Source: Pseudomonadota bacterium (GTDB taxonomy: Archaea; Thermoplasmatota; SW-10-69-26; JACQPN01; JAJPHT01). From it: a stretch of DNA of 64,000 bases. The notes under the pieces were generated by a model. The model saw only the letters and a program-made list of their open reading frames with translations, searched no databases and was not told the DNA's origin. Of this stretch, positions 19,503 through 28,806 are shown piece by piece. Position numbers and translations under genes: made by a program. The stretch spans positions 1 through 64,000 of the forward strand of contig JAJPHT010000014.1 in assembly GCA_021325135.1 (NCBI GenBank), given 5' to 3'. Position 1 is the stretch's first letter. The number at the start of each line of letters is the position of its first letter.

Positions 19503-20045
19503 ATGCAGTCGCGCATGCGCGTCGGCCGGCACCCGATCCACCCCATGCTGGTGGTGTTCCCGGTCGCCCTCTTCCCCGTCCTCGTCGTCCTGGACGTCCT
19601 CCACGGCTACTTCCGCAGCGACCCCACGTTCTGGCGCATCGGCTTCTGGGCCGCCGTCGGGGGCGTCGTGACGACGGTCCTCGCCATGATCCCGGGCCTC
19701 GTCGACCTCTCGGCGATCCCCGACGAGTCGCCCGCGCACCGCACCGCGCTCGTGCACCTCGGCGTCGGCGTCGTCATCCTCGTCCTCTACCTCGGGGCCG
19801 TCGCCGCGCGCTGGCCCGCCGGCAGCGACGACGCCCGCTTCCTTCCCGCGGTCGTCGTCGACGTGCTGGGCCTCCTCGCCATCACGGCGCAGGGCTGGCT
19901 GGGCGGCGAGCTGGTCTACAAGCACCACGTCGGCGTGCTCACGCCCTCCGAAGGGGGCGACCCCGTCACGCTGGAGGCGCGGCCGGCGCAGGGCCCGTCC
20001 TCCGCGCGAGGAGGCGCTCGCCGACCTGGCGCCGAGCGCCCTTGA
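19503..20045 (+). CDS. DUF2231 membrane protein
   Basis: HPIHPMLVVFP, PGLVD, GWLGGELVYKHHVGV. Confidence 0.9.
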   Translation: MQSRMRVGRHPIHPMLVVFPVALFPVLVVLDVLHGYFRSDPTFWRIGFWAAVGGVVTTVLAMIPGLVDLSAIPDESPAHRTALVHLGVGVVILVLYLGAVAARWPAGSDDARFLPAVVVDVLGLLAITAQGWLGGELVYKHHVGVLTPSEGGDPVTLEARPAQGPSSARGGARRPGAERP

Positions 20046-22488
20046 GCTCCCCCGTCGCAGCGCCCGAGAGCAGCGCGTCCATCATGCGCCCCTTGGCGTC
20101 CAGCACGGCGGCCACGTCCTCGTCCACTGTCTCCTCCGCCAGGAAGAAGTGCGCCGTCACCGGCTTCGTCTGCCCGCGCCGGTGGATGCGGTCCATGGCC
20201 TGGCGGTGGTTCGCCGGGTTCCAGTCCAGGTCCGCGAAGACCGCGTGCGTCCCCGCCGTGAGCGTGAGCGCCGTGCCCGCCGCCACGAGCTGCCCCAGGA
20301 AGACCATGCACGCGGGGTCCTCCTGGAACGCCTTCTCCGCCGCGACGCGCTCCTCGGGCGGCGTCTCGCCGTGGAGCGTCGCGGGCTTGAGGTCCGCAAG
20401 CGCCTCCGCGAGGCTCGCGAGCGCATTTCGATAGCGCGAGAACACGACGACCTTGGCGCCCTGCCGCGCCAGCGAGCGCACGAACGCGACGACCTCGGGC
20501 ATCTTGCCCGAGAGCGCGGCCTGCTTGAGGCGCTCCAGCTTGCCGCCCGCCTTCGCGCTGGAGAGCGACGCCGCGCCCTCCGCCTTCACGAACGACTCGA
20601 AGTCCTCCTCCAGCGCGACGTAGGCGCGCCGCGCCTCGGGCGGCAGCCGCACGCGGTGCCACTGGATCGTCTTCGCGGGAAGCTCCGGCAGCGCGACCGC
20701 CTTCTCGCGGCGGATCATGACGCCCTCCAGGAACTGCCGCAGCCGCGAGAGCACCGCCTCGCGCACCTCGGGCGTCCCGCCCTCGAAGGGCTCCTCGAAG
20801 CGGCGCTTGAACCACGCGCCGTCGCTCCACTCCTCGGGGTGCAGGAAGGCAAGCTGCGCGCGCACCTCCTCGGGCGTGTTCATCACGGGGGTCCCGCTGA
20901 CGACGAGCCGGCGCGGCACCGCCTGAAGCCGCTCGCGCACGACGCGGGCGCGGCCGGACTGCGCGTTCTTCACGTAGTGCGACTCGTCCAGGATCACGAG
21001 GTCGAACGCGTCGGGCCGCACCGCGTCCCCCAGCGCCTCCAGGTTGCTGTACCCCGTGACGACGTACTTCTCGGGGCCCGAGAGCGTCGCCGGGTCCGCG
21101 CCGGGGCCCAGCACGACGGCCCGTTCGGAGGTGAACTTCGCCACCTCGCGGCGCCACACCTCGCGCGCCGACGCCGGGCAGACCACGAGCACGCGCCCCG
21201 GAAGGAACTGCGCCGCCGCGACGGCCTCCAGCGTCTTGCCCAGCCCCATGTCGTCGGCCAGGAGGCAGGTGTGGGCGTGGTGCAGGATGAACGCGACCGC
21301 CTCGCTTTGATAGCCCGCAAGCGCCGCGTCCGGGTTGAGGCCGGGGACGGCGCGGTCCAGCGCGCCGTGGAACGGCTCGCGCAGCCGCGGCCGCGCCCCC
21401 GAGAGGTCCTCGGGAAGCTGGGGCGCCCACGAAAGGTGGCGCGCGTTGGCGGGCGCCAGGCGGCGGTACGTCACGTCCGCGCCCAGCGCGCGGAGCCCCT
21501 CCTCCACGTCCACGACGCGCGTCGCCGGCACGAGGACGTGCCCGTTCTCCGCATCCACCACCGGCTCGCCCCCGAGGATGCGCACGAGCGCCGCGCGCAA
21601 CGCCTCGTTCGCGACGGGGGATTCCGCGCCCGCCTCGCGCAGCCGCGCCGGGAGGCACCCCGGGTCCAGGAGCACCTCCACCGCGCGCAGCGGCTTCGGG
21701 TTGAGCGAGAGGTCCGGCGCCACCTCCGCGGAGCGCCACGCCTCCAGGAGCCACGACGCGAAGCCCGCGCCCTCCGGGAGGCTCCACATCTCCGCGGGCA
21801 GGGCGCCCGGAAAGGGCACGCCGCCCCGCGCCGCGAGCCCCGCCGCCAGCGCGAGCGATCCCTCGGAGCCCGGCGACTCCAGGCGAACGTGGATCGTCTC
21901 GCCCAGCGCGCGCTGGTGGAACCACGCACGCCCGGCGCCACCCGTGCCCGCCCGTGCGCGCAGCCCGCGCGCCGCGAGAAGCTGGAGAGCCTGCGCCAGC
22001 GTGCGCGCCTCGCCGCTCATGGCGCCCGCCTCCTCGCGGCGCCACCAGAGCCAGCGCAGCGCCTCCGCGGCCGGCTCGGGAAAGGGCCCCGCCGACGCGA
22101 GGCGCAAGCGGCCCGGGTCGCGGGGGTCGAGGGCAAGGGCGAGGAGAGTGGGGTCCGCGGGGGGCGGAGGGGGCGGCGCGGGCGCGGCCGGCGCGGGGGG
22201 CGCGACCGGGGGCGGCGGCGCGGGGGCAGGCGGCTCCGGCGTCGGGGGCTGGACGAGGATCACCGCCAGCGCGTGCTCGCAGGGCTGCGCGTCGCCGCAG
22301 TCGCACCGCGAGGCCAGGGTGGAGAGGTCGACGCGGGTGCGCACGCCGATGAGGCCGGAGAAGTTGGCGGTGGCGGTGGCGCCCTGCACGGCGCAGCCGC
22401 GCATCCAGCGCCGCGCGGCGAGGCGGGCGCGCTCCCAGCGCTCGGCGGGGACGTGGCGGAGCCGTGGGTCGTCCTGGAGCGCGGGCAT
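19966..22488 (-). CDS. SNF2-family helicase/translocase with N-terminal SWIM-type zinc finger
   Basis: CDC..PCEH; LLADDMGLGKT, ILDESH, SGTPVMN, WNPANHRQAMDRIHRRGQ. Confidence 0.9.
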   Translation of the reverse strand: MPALQDDPRLRHVPAERWERARLAARRWMRGCAVQGATATANFSGLIGVRTRVDLSTLASRCDCGDAQPCEHALAVILVQPPTPEPPAPAPPPPVAPPAPAAPAPPPPPPADPTLLALALDPRDPGRLRLASAGPFPEPAAEALRWLWWRREEAGAMSGEARTLAQALQLLAARGLRARAGTGGAGRAWFHQRALGETIHVRLESPGSEGSLALAAGLAARGGVPFPGALPAEMWSLPEGAGFASWLLEAWRSAEVAPDLSLNPKPLRAVEVLLDPGCLPARLREAGAESPVANEALRAALVRILGGEPVVDAENGHVLVPATRVVDVEEGLRALGADVTYRRLAPANARHLSWAPQLPEDLSGARPRLREPFHGALDRAVPGLNPDAALAGYQSEAVAFILHHAHTCLLADDMGLGKTLEAVAAAQFLPGRVLVVCPASAREVWRREVAKFTSERAVVLGPGADPATLSGPEKYVVTGYSNLEALGDAVRPDAFDLVILDESHYVKNAQSGRARVVRERLQAVPRRLVVSGTPVMNTPEEVRAQLAFLHPEEWSDGAWFKRRFEEPFEGGTPEVREAVLSRLRQFLEGVMIRREKAVALPELPAKTIQWHRVRLPPEARRAYVALEEDFESFVKAEGAASLSSAKAGGKLERLKQAALSGKMPEVVAFVRSLARQGAKVVVFSRYRNALASLAEALADLKPATLHGETPPEERVAAEKAFQEDPACMVFLGQLVAAGTALTLTAGTHAVFADLDWNPANHRQAMDRIHRRGQTKPVTAHFFLAEETVDEDVAAVLDAKGRMMDALLSGAATGELKGARRQVGERLLARRTGPAPAAPPA

Positions 22489-22517
22489 CCCGTCTGGAGG
22501 GAGCCGGGGAGCGGCCT

Positions 22518-22979
22518 TCAACGTTCCGAACTGGGCCTTGCCAGGAGGGCGCCGTGGCGGTAGCCGGGGAGGGGCACGCCGCGCCAGGCGCGCAGGAAGC
22601 GCGGCCAGGGCCAGTAGGCGTCTCCGGGGAGGCTTGCGAGGGAGACGCCCTCGGGCCCCGCGGCGTGGGCCACGGCCCAGTGCATCATGGGGGCGCGGCG
22701 GCCCACGTCCAGGAGCACGATGGCGGGGCCGCTCTCGGCGAGGTGGCGGGCGAGGCGCGCGACGTCGCGGTGCCCCCAGACGTAGCGCGCGTCGAGGCCC
22801 AGCGCCCGCGCGGCGCGCAGGAGCCCCCAAGGGGTCGTGCCCAGGAGGCGGAAGGGCGTGTCGGGAGGGTGGGCGCGGTCGAGGGCGCGCACGTCCACGG
22901 GCCGTCCGTGGTGGTGGAGAAGGGTGGCGAGGGCGGCCTGCGCGCAGCCGTTGCGCCCCGCGGCGGGGTACGACCTCAT
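22518..22979 (-). CDS. Peptidase C39-like protein
   Basis: NGCAQAALATLL catalytic Cys context, GTTP, HWAV. Confidence 0.65.
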   Translation of the reverse strand: MRSYPAAGRNGCAQAALATLLHHHGRPVDVRALDRAHPPDTPFRLLGTTPWGLLRAARALGLDARYVWGHRDVARLARHLAESGPAIVLLDVGRRAPMMHWAVAHAAGPEGVSLASLPGDAYWPWPRFLRAWRGVPLPGYRHGALLARPSSER

Positions 22980-23863
22980 GCCGCGACGTTCACCGGGATG
23001 CGCGTGGGGTCGCAGTCCAGGAGGGCCTGGGCCACGACGGGGAAGTGGTCGCTGGGGAGCTTCCCCTGGACGCGGTCGCGGACGACCTGGTAGTGGGAGA
23101 ACTGCTGCACGTGGCGGCCCAGGATGTAGTCAATGCGGTAGAGGCCGCGGCCGGTGAAGCGGTGGAAGGTGCCGTTCCACTTGGTGGGGACCTCGGTGGC
23201 GCTGGCCCAGCGGGAGTCCACGAGCGCCGCGCCCGCAGTGCCGGTGAGGTAACGGTACGTGCCGCCGCGCTGGAGGGCGTTGAAGTCGCCGGTGAGGAGC
23301 ACGGGGAGGTCGCGGGGGAGGCGCTGGTGGATGAGGAGGGCGCCGCGCTTCCTGGCGGTGGGGATGAGGTGGTCGAGGTGCGTGTTGAGGTGGAAGAAGC
23401 GGCCCCCGGTGTCCTTGTCGACGAAGGTCGCCCAGGTGGCCATGCGGGGGACGAGGTTCCCCCAGTGGCGGCTGCCCGGGACGTGGGGCGTTTCGCTCAG
23501 CCAGAAGTTGCCGGTGGCCTCCACCTTGAACTTGGCCTTGCGGTAGAAGATGGCGTTGTACTCGTCGCGCCTGCCGCCGAAGCGGGCCTCGCCCAGCACG
23601 CCGTACTCGGGGAAGTGCTGGTGGAGGAAGTCGATCTGGTCCTGGAGCCCCTCCTGCGTGCCCAGAAGGTCTGGGTGGTGGCGCGCCACCACGGCGGCGG
23701 CCGCGTCGCGGCGGGAGGACCAGCCGTTGGCGCCGTCGGACTCCTTGTCGCGCCTGAGGTTGAAGCTCATGACCTTCAGCGCGACCTCGTGCTCGGGCGT
23801 CAACGAGCGGTTGGTTGTCTGGCGGAGGCCTTGAACGTTGCTGCGACGTGCGGACCGGGCCAT
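22976..23863 (-). CDS. Endonuclease/exonuclease/phosphatase family protein
   Basis: VMSFNLR, DLLGTQE, NTHLDH, LTGDFNA, RIDYIL, SDHFPV. Confidence 0.92.
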   Translation of the reverse strand: MARSARRSNVQGLRQTTNRSLTPEHEVALKVMSFNLRRDKESDGANGWSSRRDAAAAVVARHHPDLLGTQEGLQDQIDFLHQHFPEYGVLGEARFGGRRDEYNAIFYRKAKFKVEATGNFWLSETPHVPGSRHWGNLVPRMATWATFVDKDTGGRFFHLNTHLDHLIPTARKRGALLIHQRLPRDLPVLLTGDFNALQRGGTYRYLTGTAGAALVDSRWASATEVPTKWNGTFHRFTGRGLYRIDYILGRHVQQFSHYQVVRDRVQGKLPSDHFPVVAQALLDCDPTRIPVNVAA

Positions 23864-24016
23864 GACCCCTGAGGTGCGGCCTGGATGGGTGCTGGAGGTT
23901 GCGGTTTTCCACTTCCGCGGATTCGGCCCATGCGCGCGTCCGCGTCCTCGTCGTCTCGCCGGCATCCTCGCAAGCCAAGTCGCCCGGGCGGCCTCTGCCG
24001 TATCGGTGGACAACCC

Positions 24017-24250
24017 GTGCTGATCGCCGAACCGAAGACCGAATCCGGCCCGAAGGAGCTCCGCGTCAAGATCGGGGTCGAGTACCACCTCAAGCTGCAC
24101 GCCCTCAAGCTCCTGCGGGGGAAGCGGATGAGCGAGGCGGTGGAGGAGGCGCTGGAGTTCTACTTCGAGCGCGTAAGGGCGGAGACCGAGGCGCAGCAGG
24201 GCGAGGCGATCCAGCTTCCGCCCCTCTCCGCGCTGGGCGTCGACGAGTGA
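24017..24250 (+). CDS. Small ribbon-helix-helix-like DNA-binding protein
   Basis: KELRVKI strand, then helix LKLHALKLLRGK and MSEAVEEALEFYF. Confidence 0.6.
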   Translation: MLIAEPKTESGPKELRVKIGVEYHLKLHALKLLRGKRMSEAVEEALEFYFERVRAETEAQQGEAIQLPPLSALGVDE

Positions 24251-24310
24251 GGGGCGCGTTTCGAGCCCCGATCCAGAAACGTTCTTCTTCTCCCGGCCCG
24301 CGGGGGGCGC

Positions 24311-24688
24311 ATGTCGCTCGCGGGCCTCCTGGTGGTCGTTCCGCTCCTGGTGGTCCTGCCAGGCTGGCTGCTCGTCAATGCCCTCTTCGTGCCCCGGCGC
24401 GTCGCGCTGGGGTGGATGACGCGGGCGTACCTGGCCGTGGCGGGCGGAGCCCTGCTTCTGAGCCTGGTGGGCGTGATCCTGGGCCTCCTGCCCCACCGCA
24501 AGACGGGCTACTACGAGACGCTGGCCACAGGGGCGCCCACGGTGGAATTGGCCATGCTCGCCGTGATGGCGCTCCTCTTCTACGTGGGCCTCGTCCGGGG
24601 GGCGTACCCCCGGGTGGCGGCGCGCTTTCCCAAGCTCGTGGCGGCGCCCGAGCCGAAGAAGGACGTCGTCGCCTACGAGAGCCGCTGA
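24311..24688 (+). CDS. Membrane protein (DUF1616 N-terminus-like)
   Basis: LLVVLPGWLLVNALF.P, three TMs. Confidence 0.55.
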   Translation: MSLAGLLVVVPLLVVLPGWLLVNALFVPRRVALGWMTRAYLAVAGGALLLSLVGVILGLLPHRKTGYYETLATGAPTVELAMLAVMALLFYVGLVRGAYPRVAARFPKLVAAPEPKKDVVAYESR

Positions 24689-24801
24689 ACGAGGGCCACC
24701 AGGGCCACGGCCACGGCGAGGATCGCGCTCACGGTGAGCACCTCCCGGGCGGCGAGGGCGTCCTCGTCCGGCCGGGCGTCGATGCGGAGGGTCCGGGTCA
24801 T
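24673..24801 (-). CDS. Putative 42-aa single-TM microprotein
   Basis: MTRTLRIDARPDEDALAAREVLTVSAILAVAVALVALVQRLS, divergent from trmB. Confidence 0.35.
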   Translation of the reverse strand: MTRTLRIDARPDEDALAAREVLTVSAILAVAVALVALVQRLS

Positions 24802-24846
24802 CGAGGGGCCCGCAGCGGTCCCACGGCTTGAGCCTTCGGGATCGAA

Positions 24847-24866
24847 TACTCCGCCTAGGAGTGAAA
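24847..24866. promoter_or_regulatory. Putative TrmB operator just upstream of the trmB TATA box
   Basis: TACTccgcctagGAGTGAAA followed by CTTATTT; same pattern at 28772. Confidence 0.55.
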
Positions 24867-24898
24867 CCCTTATTTGGCCGGTCGCCGGATGGGGTCGC

Positions 24899-25807
24899 AT
24901 GGCTCCGCCCGACGTGGAGGAGAAGGCCCGTGCCCTGGACGAGCGAGGCCTGCTGGAGGCCCTGGGCCTCACGAAGTACGAGACCAACGCGTACCTCTCC
25001 CTCCTGCAGCTGGGCGTGAGCGACGCGCGCGAATTGTCGCGCGCCAGCGGCGTCCCCACGTCGAAGATCTACGAGACCATGGTGCGCCTGGAGGCGCTTG
25101 GCCTCGTGGAGGTGCAGGCCAGCCGCCCGCGCAAGTTCATGGCGCGTGAGGTGGGCGAGGCGCTGGACGAGCTGAAGAACGCCAAGCGCCGCGAGTTCGA
25201 GGGGCTCCTCAAGAGCCTCCCCTCCCTGGAGCAGCGCCTCAAGGTCCGCGCCCGCACGAGCCCCAAGGAGTCCACCTTCTGGAGCGTGACCACCTCCTGG
25301 CACGACTTCGCCAACAAGCACCTCGCCAAGGCCGCGGAGGCCAGCGAGGAGGTGCTCATCTACGTCGACCTCTCGGGCTGCTTCGGCGACCTGCTCCAGG
25401 CCATGAAGAGCGGCACGGAGCCCAAGAGCTTCAACGAGGCCGACATCCGGATCCTGGAAGCGATCCGCAACATCCGCAAGCACCTGCGCAACGAGAAGGT
25501 GAGCTTCCGCATCCTCGTGGGCGCGATGCCGGCCGACAAGGAGGCCGCCCGCGCGTGGATCAGCACCATCGGCGGGCCGCGCATGTCCACCAAGTTCCGC
25601 GTCGCGGAGCCCGGCCGCCAGCAGTTCCTCGTGCTGGACCGCGAGGGCGTCATCCTCCTCCTCATGAACCCCGCGCGCGTCGGCACGCCCCTGGGCAGCA
25701 CGTTCGCGCAGGACGCGGGCCTCGCGCGGGAGATCGTGGGCGCGTTCAACGAGATGTGGGACCGCAGCGAGCCCGTGGTGGCGCGCGCGCCGGTCGCGTC
25801 GGGCTAG
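24899..25807 (+). CDS. TrmB family transcriptional regulator
   Basis: LEALGLTKYETNAYLSLL..ARELSRASGVPTSKIYE..L..LGLVEV..RPRKF. Confidence 0.92.
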   Translation: MAPPDVEEKARALDERGLLEALGLTKYETNAYLSLLQLGVSDARELSRASGVPTSKIYETMVRLEALGLVEVQASRPRKFMAREVGEALDELKNAKRREFEGLLKSLPSLEQRLKVRARTSPKESTFWSVTTSWHDFANKHLAKAAEASEEVLIYVDLSGCFGDLLQAMKSGTEPKSFNEADIRILEAIRNIRKHLRNEKVSFRILVGAMPADKEAARAWISTIGGPRMSTKFRVAEPGRQQFLVLDREGVILLLMNPARVGTPLGSTFAQDAGLAREIVGAFNEMWDRSEPVVARAPVASG

Positions 25808-26883
25808 GGCGCCTTGGCGAGAAGCGCGGTGACGCGGTAGAGCCCCGTGCGCTCCAGCCGCGAGGCCGCCTCCGTCGTCTCCTCCTGGAGCGCGAGCCCC
25901 GCGCGCGCCGCCGCGGCCAGCGTGTGCGAGCCCACGCTGCGCAGCAGCAGCCGGCCGCCGGGCGCGAGACCCCGCGCGGCGCGGCGGAAGAGGCGCTCCA
26001 GCGCGTCGCCCTGGAGCCAGTCGGGCGCGTCGAGGAGGTCGACGGCGTCGTAGGTCTCCGGCCGGCCTGCCAGGTGCGCTGCCACGTCGCCCACCTCGAC
26101 GCGCAGCCGGCGCGCGCCGCGACGCATGGCATCCAGACGCCGGGGGCGCAGGTGCGCGGGCGGCGTCGCGTAGCGGTGCAGCGTGGCCAGCTGCATCCAC
26201 GGGTTGTCGCGCAGCAGCGTGTGGGAGAACACCTCGTCGAGGCGGCGCGCCAGCACGCGGTCGTAGTCGCGCAGCGCGGCGGCCTGCTCGGCGGGCACGC
26301 CGAAGAGGCGCAGGAAGGGGCGCTGCGCGACGGCGCGGGCGAGGTCCGGCGCCAGGAGACGCGGCGCCAGCTCCTCGCGCCACAGGGCGTGGCTCTCCGC
26401 CACGTCGCGGCACTCCAGCAGGCGCTCGAGTGCGGGGAGGCCGCCCCGCGAGCGCACGAACGCGCGCACCCAGCGCAGCGGGCGGCCCGCGGCACCGTGG
26501 AGGTGGAAGCTCTCCTCGAAGGAGTCCGCGCGTTCGCGCCAGTGCTCCAGCGTGCCGGGCGGCAGGTCCAGGCGCGGCAGCAGCGCGGCGAAGGCCGGGT
26601 AGCGCCCGTCGCCGAAGAGGGGCGCGTAGTCGCCCGGCGAGCGCAGGAGCGTCTGCCGCTTCAGGCGCGCGAGGTGGACCTGCGCCGGGTTCACGTCCAG
26701 GGCCAGCACGTCGGCGCCGCAGGCGGCGTAGGCCAGGGCGTTCTCGCCCGCGCTCGCGATGCAGAGCACGCGCTCGCCGGGCCGGGGCGCCAGGAGGTCC
26801 GCGTTGAGGTCGGTGTCCTCCCACATGACGTGGAAGGCGGCCTCCCCCTGGCGCAGCGCGAGGCGCTGGGGCGCCCACGTCAC
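25804..26883 (-). CDS. DUF3419 / BtaA-like SAM-dependent transferase
   Basis: MWED, VLCIASAGENALAY, ALDVNPAQ..L..LK, DNPW, LLDAPDWL, PGGRLLLRS; GTGA-coupled to upstream gene. Confidence 0.8.
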   Translation of the reverse strand: MTWAPQRLALRQGEAAFHVMWEDTDLNADLLAPRPGERVLCIASAGENALAYAACGADVLALDVNPAQVHLARLKRQTLLRSPGDYAPLFGDGRYPAFAALLPRLDLPPGTLEHWRERADSFEESFHLHGAAGRPLRWVRAFVRSRGGLPALERLLECRDVAESHALWREELAPRLLAPDLARAVAQRPFLRLFGVPAEQAAALRDYDRVLARRLDEVFSHTLLRDNPWMQLATLHRYATPPAHLRPRRLDAMRRGARRLRVEVGDVAAHLAGRPETYDAVDLLDAPDWLQGDALERLFRRAARGLAPGGRLLLRSVGSHTLAAAARAGLALQEETTEAASRLERTGLYRVTALLAKAP

Positions 26884-28160
26884 GCGACCGCCTCCGCGAC
26901 GATGGGGCGCCACTTGGCGCCGCGGCGCGCGTGGGGAAGCTCCTCCGCGCGCACGCAGCGCACCTGCGCGCCGCCGCGCGTCGCGAAGGCGCGCTCCAGG
27001 ATCGGCAGGATCTCGGCGTCGCAGTCGCGGCGCGCCACGTAGTGGAACGCGACGCGGTCGCCCCCCTCGTGGACCATCTGATATCGCTCCACGGGCGCGC
27101 CGGCGAGGATCACCTCGTAGCAGGCGTCCAGCAGGAAGCCGGGCGTGAGGACGCGGCCGCCGGGGAAGCGGAAGGCGTCGTTGGCGCGCCCCTCCAACTC
27201 GACGAGCTCGGGGAAGGGCCAGCTGCACGGGCAGTCCGTCTCGCGCAGGCGCCCCAGGTCCCCCTGCTCGTAGCGCAGCACGGGGTTCGTCCACTCGTGG
27301 AGGTTCCACCCCACCAGCCGCCCCCCGTCGTCCTCGAGCCAGACAAGGTCGGTGAAGACGTGATAGCGCCGCTCCGGGCACTCCGCCGCGACGCGGCCCA
27401 GCTCCTCGGTGCTGTATTCGTCCAGCACGGGGGCGCCCAAGGCCTCGGAGAAGCGGTCGCGCTCGGCGCGCGTCGAGGCCTCCGAGTTGGTGCTCACGAG
27501 CCTGAGGCGCTCGCGGATGCGCGCCATCTGCGCGGGCGTGGCGGCCTCCAGAAGCTCGCGCAGGTGGCTGGGGTAGGCCGCGAGGACGTGCGGGCGCGCG
27601 GCGGCGAGGCGGCGCGCGATCTCGGCGGGCGGCGTGAGCGTGGGCACGTAGACCAGGGGATAGAGGCCCAGCACGGAGCCTACGGGGTAGGGCGAGGTGT
27701 AGACGTAGGCCTGCACGTGCCAGGGCCGATAGCGGAACGCGGGGCGCCACATGCGCCGCGTCGCGAGGCCGTGGTGGGCGAGGCGAGTGGGGTCGTGGCG
27801 CAGCGTGAGCGTCGCGCCGCTGGTGCCCGACGACACGCTGGGCAGCAGGCGCTCCGGCCGCGCGCGGCGGTCCACCACCGAGGGGCCCGCGCGCAGGAGG
27901 TCCGCCTTGGCGACCCGCGGCACGAGGCGCAGCGCGTCCTCGTCGGCGCGCAGGTGGGCGGGCGAGAAGCCGTGCGCGTCGTAGTGCGCGCGGTAGAACG
28001 GGCTGCGGTCGTACGCGTGCTCGACGAGGCGCCGCATGCGGCGCAGCGCGAAGGCGCGCTGCTCGCGGGGCGGGCGCCGCAGCGCGCGGGCCTGGGATGC
28101 CGCGTGCGCGGGGGCGCGGGCGAGGTTCAGCAGCGTCTCGGCGGGGGTGAGGGCACGCAT
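26880..28160 (-). CDS. Phenylacetate-CoA ligase-like adenylate-forming enzyme (PaaK/CapK family)
   Basis: HAYDRSPFYR, SSGTSG P-loop, AYPS, DEYSTEELG, VLRYEQGD, EGRAND. Confidence 0.85.
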   Translation of the reverse strand: MRALTPAETLLNLARAPAHAASQARALRRPPREQRAFALRRMRRLVEHAYDRSPFYRAHYDAHGFSPAHLRADEDALRLVPRVAKADLLRAGPSVVDRRARPERLLPSVSSGTSGATLTLRHDPTRLAHHGLATRRMWRPAFRYRPWHVQAYVYTSPYPVGSVLGLYPLVYVPTLTPPAEIARRLAAARPHVLAAYPSHLRELLEAATPAQMARIRERLRLVSTNSEASTRAERDRFSEALGAPVLDEYSTEELGRVAAECPERRYHVFTDLVWLEDDGGRLVGWNLHEWTNPVLRYEQGDLGRLRETDCPCSWPFPELVELEGRANDAFRFPGGRVLTPGFLLDACYEVILAGAPVERYQMVHEGGDRVAFHYVARRDCDAEILPILERAFATRGGAQVRCVRAEELPHARRGAKWRPIVAEAVA

Positions 28161-28721
28161 TCAGATTCCTCCGTAGCGGACGAAGATGGCGGCGTAGATG
28201 GCGGCGTAGAGGACGATCCACAGGGCGACGTATGCCGCGAGGACGGCGCGGGGGCGGCGCGCGAGGGGCCCGCGCAGGGCGAGGCCCGCGAGGCCGAAGC
28301 CAAGCGCGACGGGCAGGAAGCGCTCCAGCCGGGCGGGGACGCTCAGCAGGGCGAACGGCCCCGCGGGCGCGTGCGCGAGGCCCAGCTCGTCGGCGTATAC
28401 CTTGTAGGGGATGCCGCTCGCGGGGCCGGAGAGCATCGCGGCCGGACCGCGCGCGGCGACCTCGCCGTGGACCTGGGCGATCATGCCGGCGGGGATGCCA
28501 GGCAGGCGCGGCAGGAGCGGCGCGAAGAGGGCCGGGTGCGTGAGCACGACGAGGCCCCCCAGGAGGGCGCCCGCGGTCGCGGCGGCGGTGGCGGCGAGGC
28601 CGACGCGCCAGTCGCGCAGAGCGATCCAACCCAGGAGCGCGTCGGGCACGACGAAGAGCACCGTGGCCTCGGCGAAGCCCCAGGCGAAGGCCGCGGGGAG
28701 CGCCCAGCGCAGGTCGCGCAT
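28161..28721 (-). CDS. YqaA/DedA-like membrane protein
   Basis: WGFAEATVLFVVPD, GALLGG, SGIPYKVY, RLERF. Confidence 0.75.
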   Translation of the reverse strand: MRDLRWALPAAFAWGFAEATVLFVVPDALLGWIALRDWRVGLAATAAATAGALLGGLVVLTHPALFAPLLPRLPGIPAGMIAQVHGEVAARGPAAMLSGPASGIPYKVYADELGLAHAPAGPFALLSVPARLERFLPVALGFGLAGLALRGPLARRPRAVLAAYVALWIVLYAAIYAAIFVRYGGI

Positions 28722-28771
28722 CGTCACGCCTCCCCAGGCGATCCCCGGGCACAAGAGGATTCTGATTTTTC

Positions 28772-28793
28772 TACTACCTTTGGGAGTGAAAAA
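28772..28793. promoter_or_regulatory. Putative TrmB operator in the promoter of the 28721-25804 operon
   Basis: TACTacctttggGAGTGAAAAA in an AT-rich intergenic patch. Confidence 0.55.
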
Positions 28794-28806
28794 GGCGTAT
28801 CCTTCT

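Noticed and set aside
19966-23863. SNF2 helicase, C39 peptidase and EEP as a defence system
   Set aside because: All are common stand-alone families with host-like GC; no methylase or nuclease partner
17830-24000. Provirus or large island integrated at tRNA-His
   Set aside because: No integrase or viral genes; the only att-like copy found is 126 bp away
22976-26878. 1300-aa ORF and similar giants (29294-33151, 37511-40456, 53414-56143, 12754-15162)
   Set aside because: Arg/Gly/Pro-rich shadow frames caused by high GC; at most their 3' ends carry real genes
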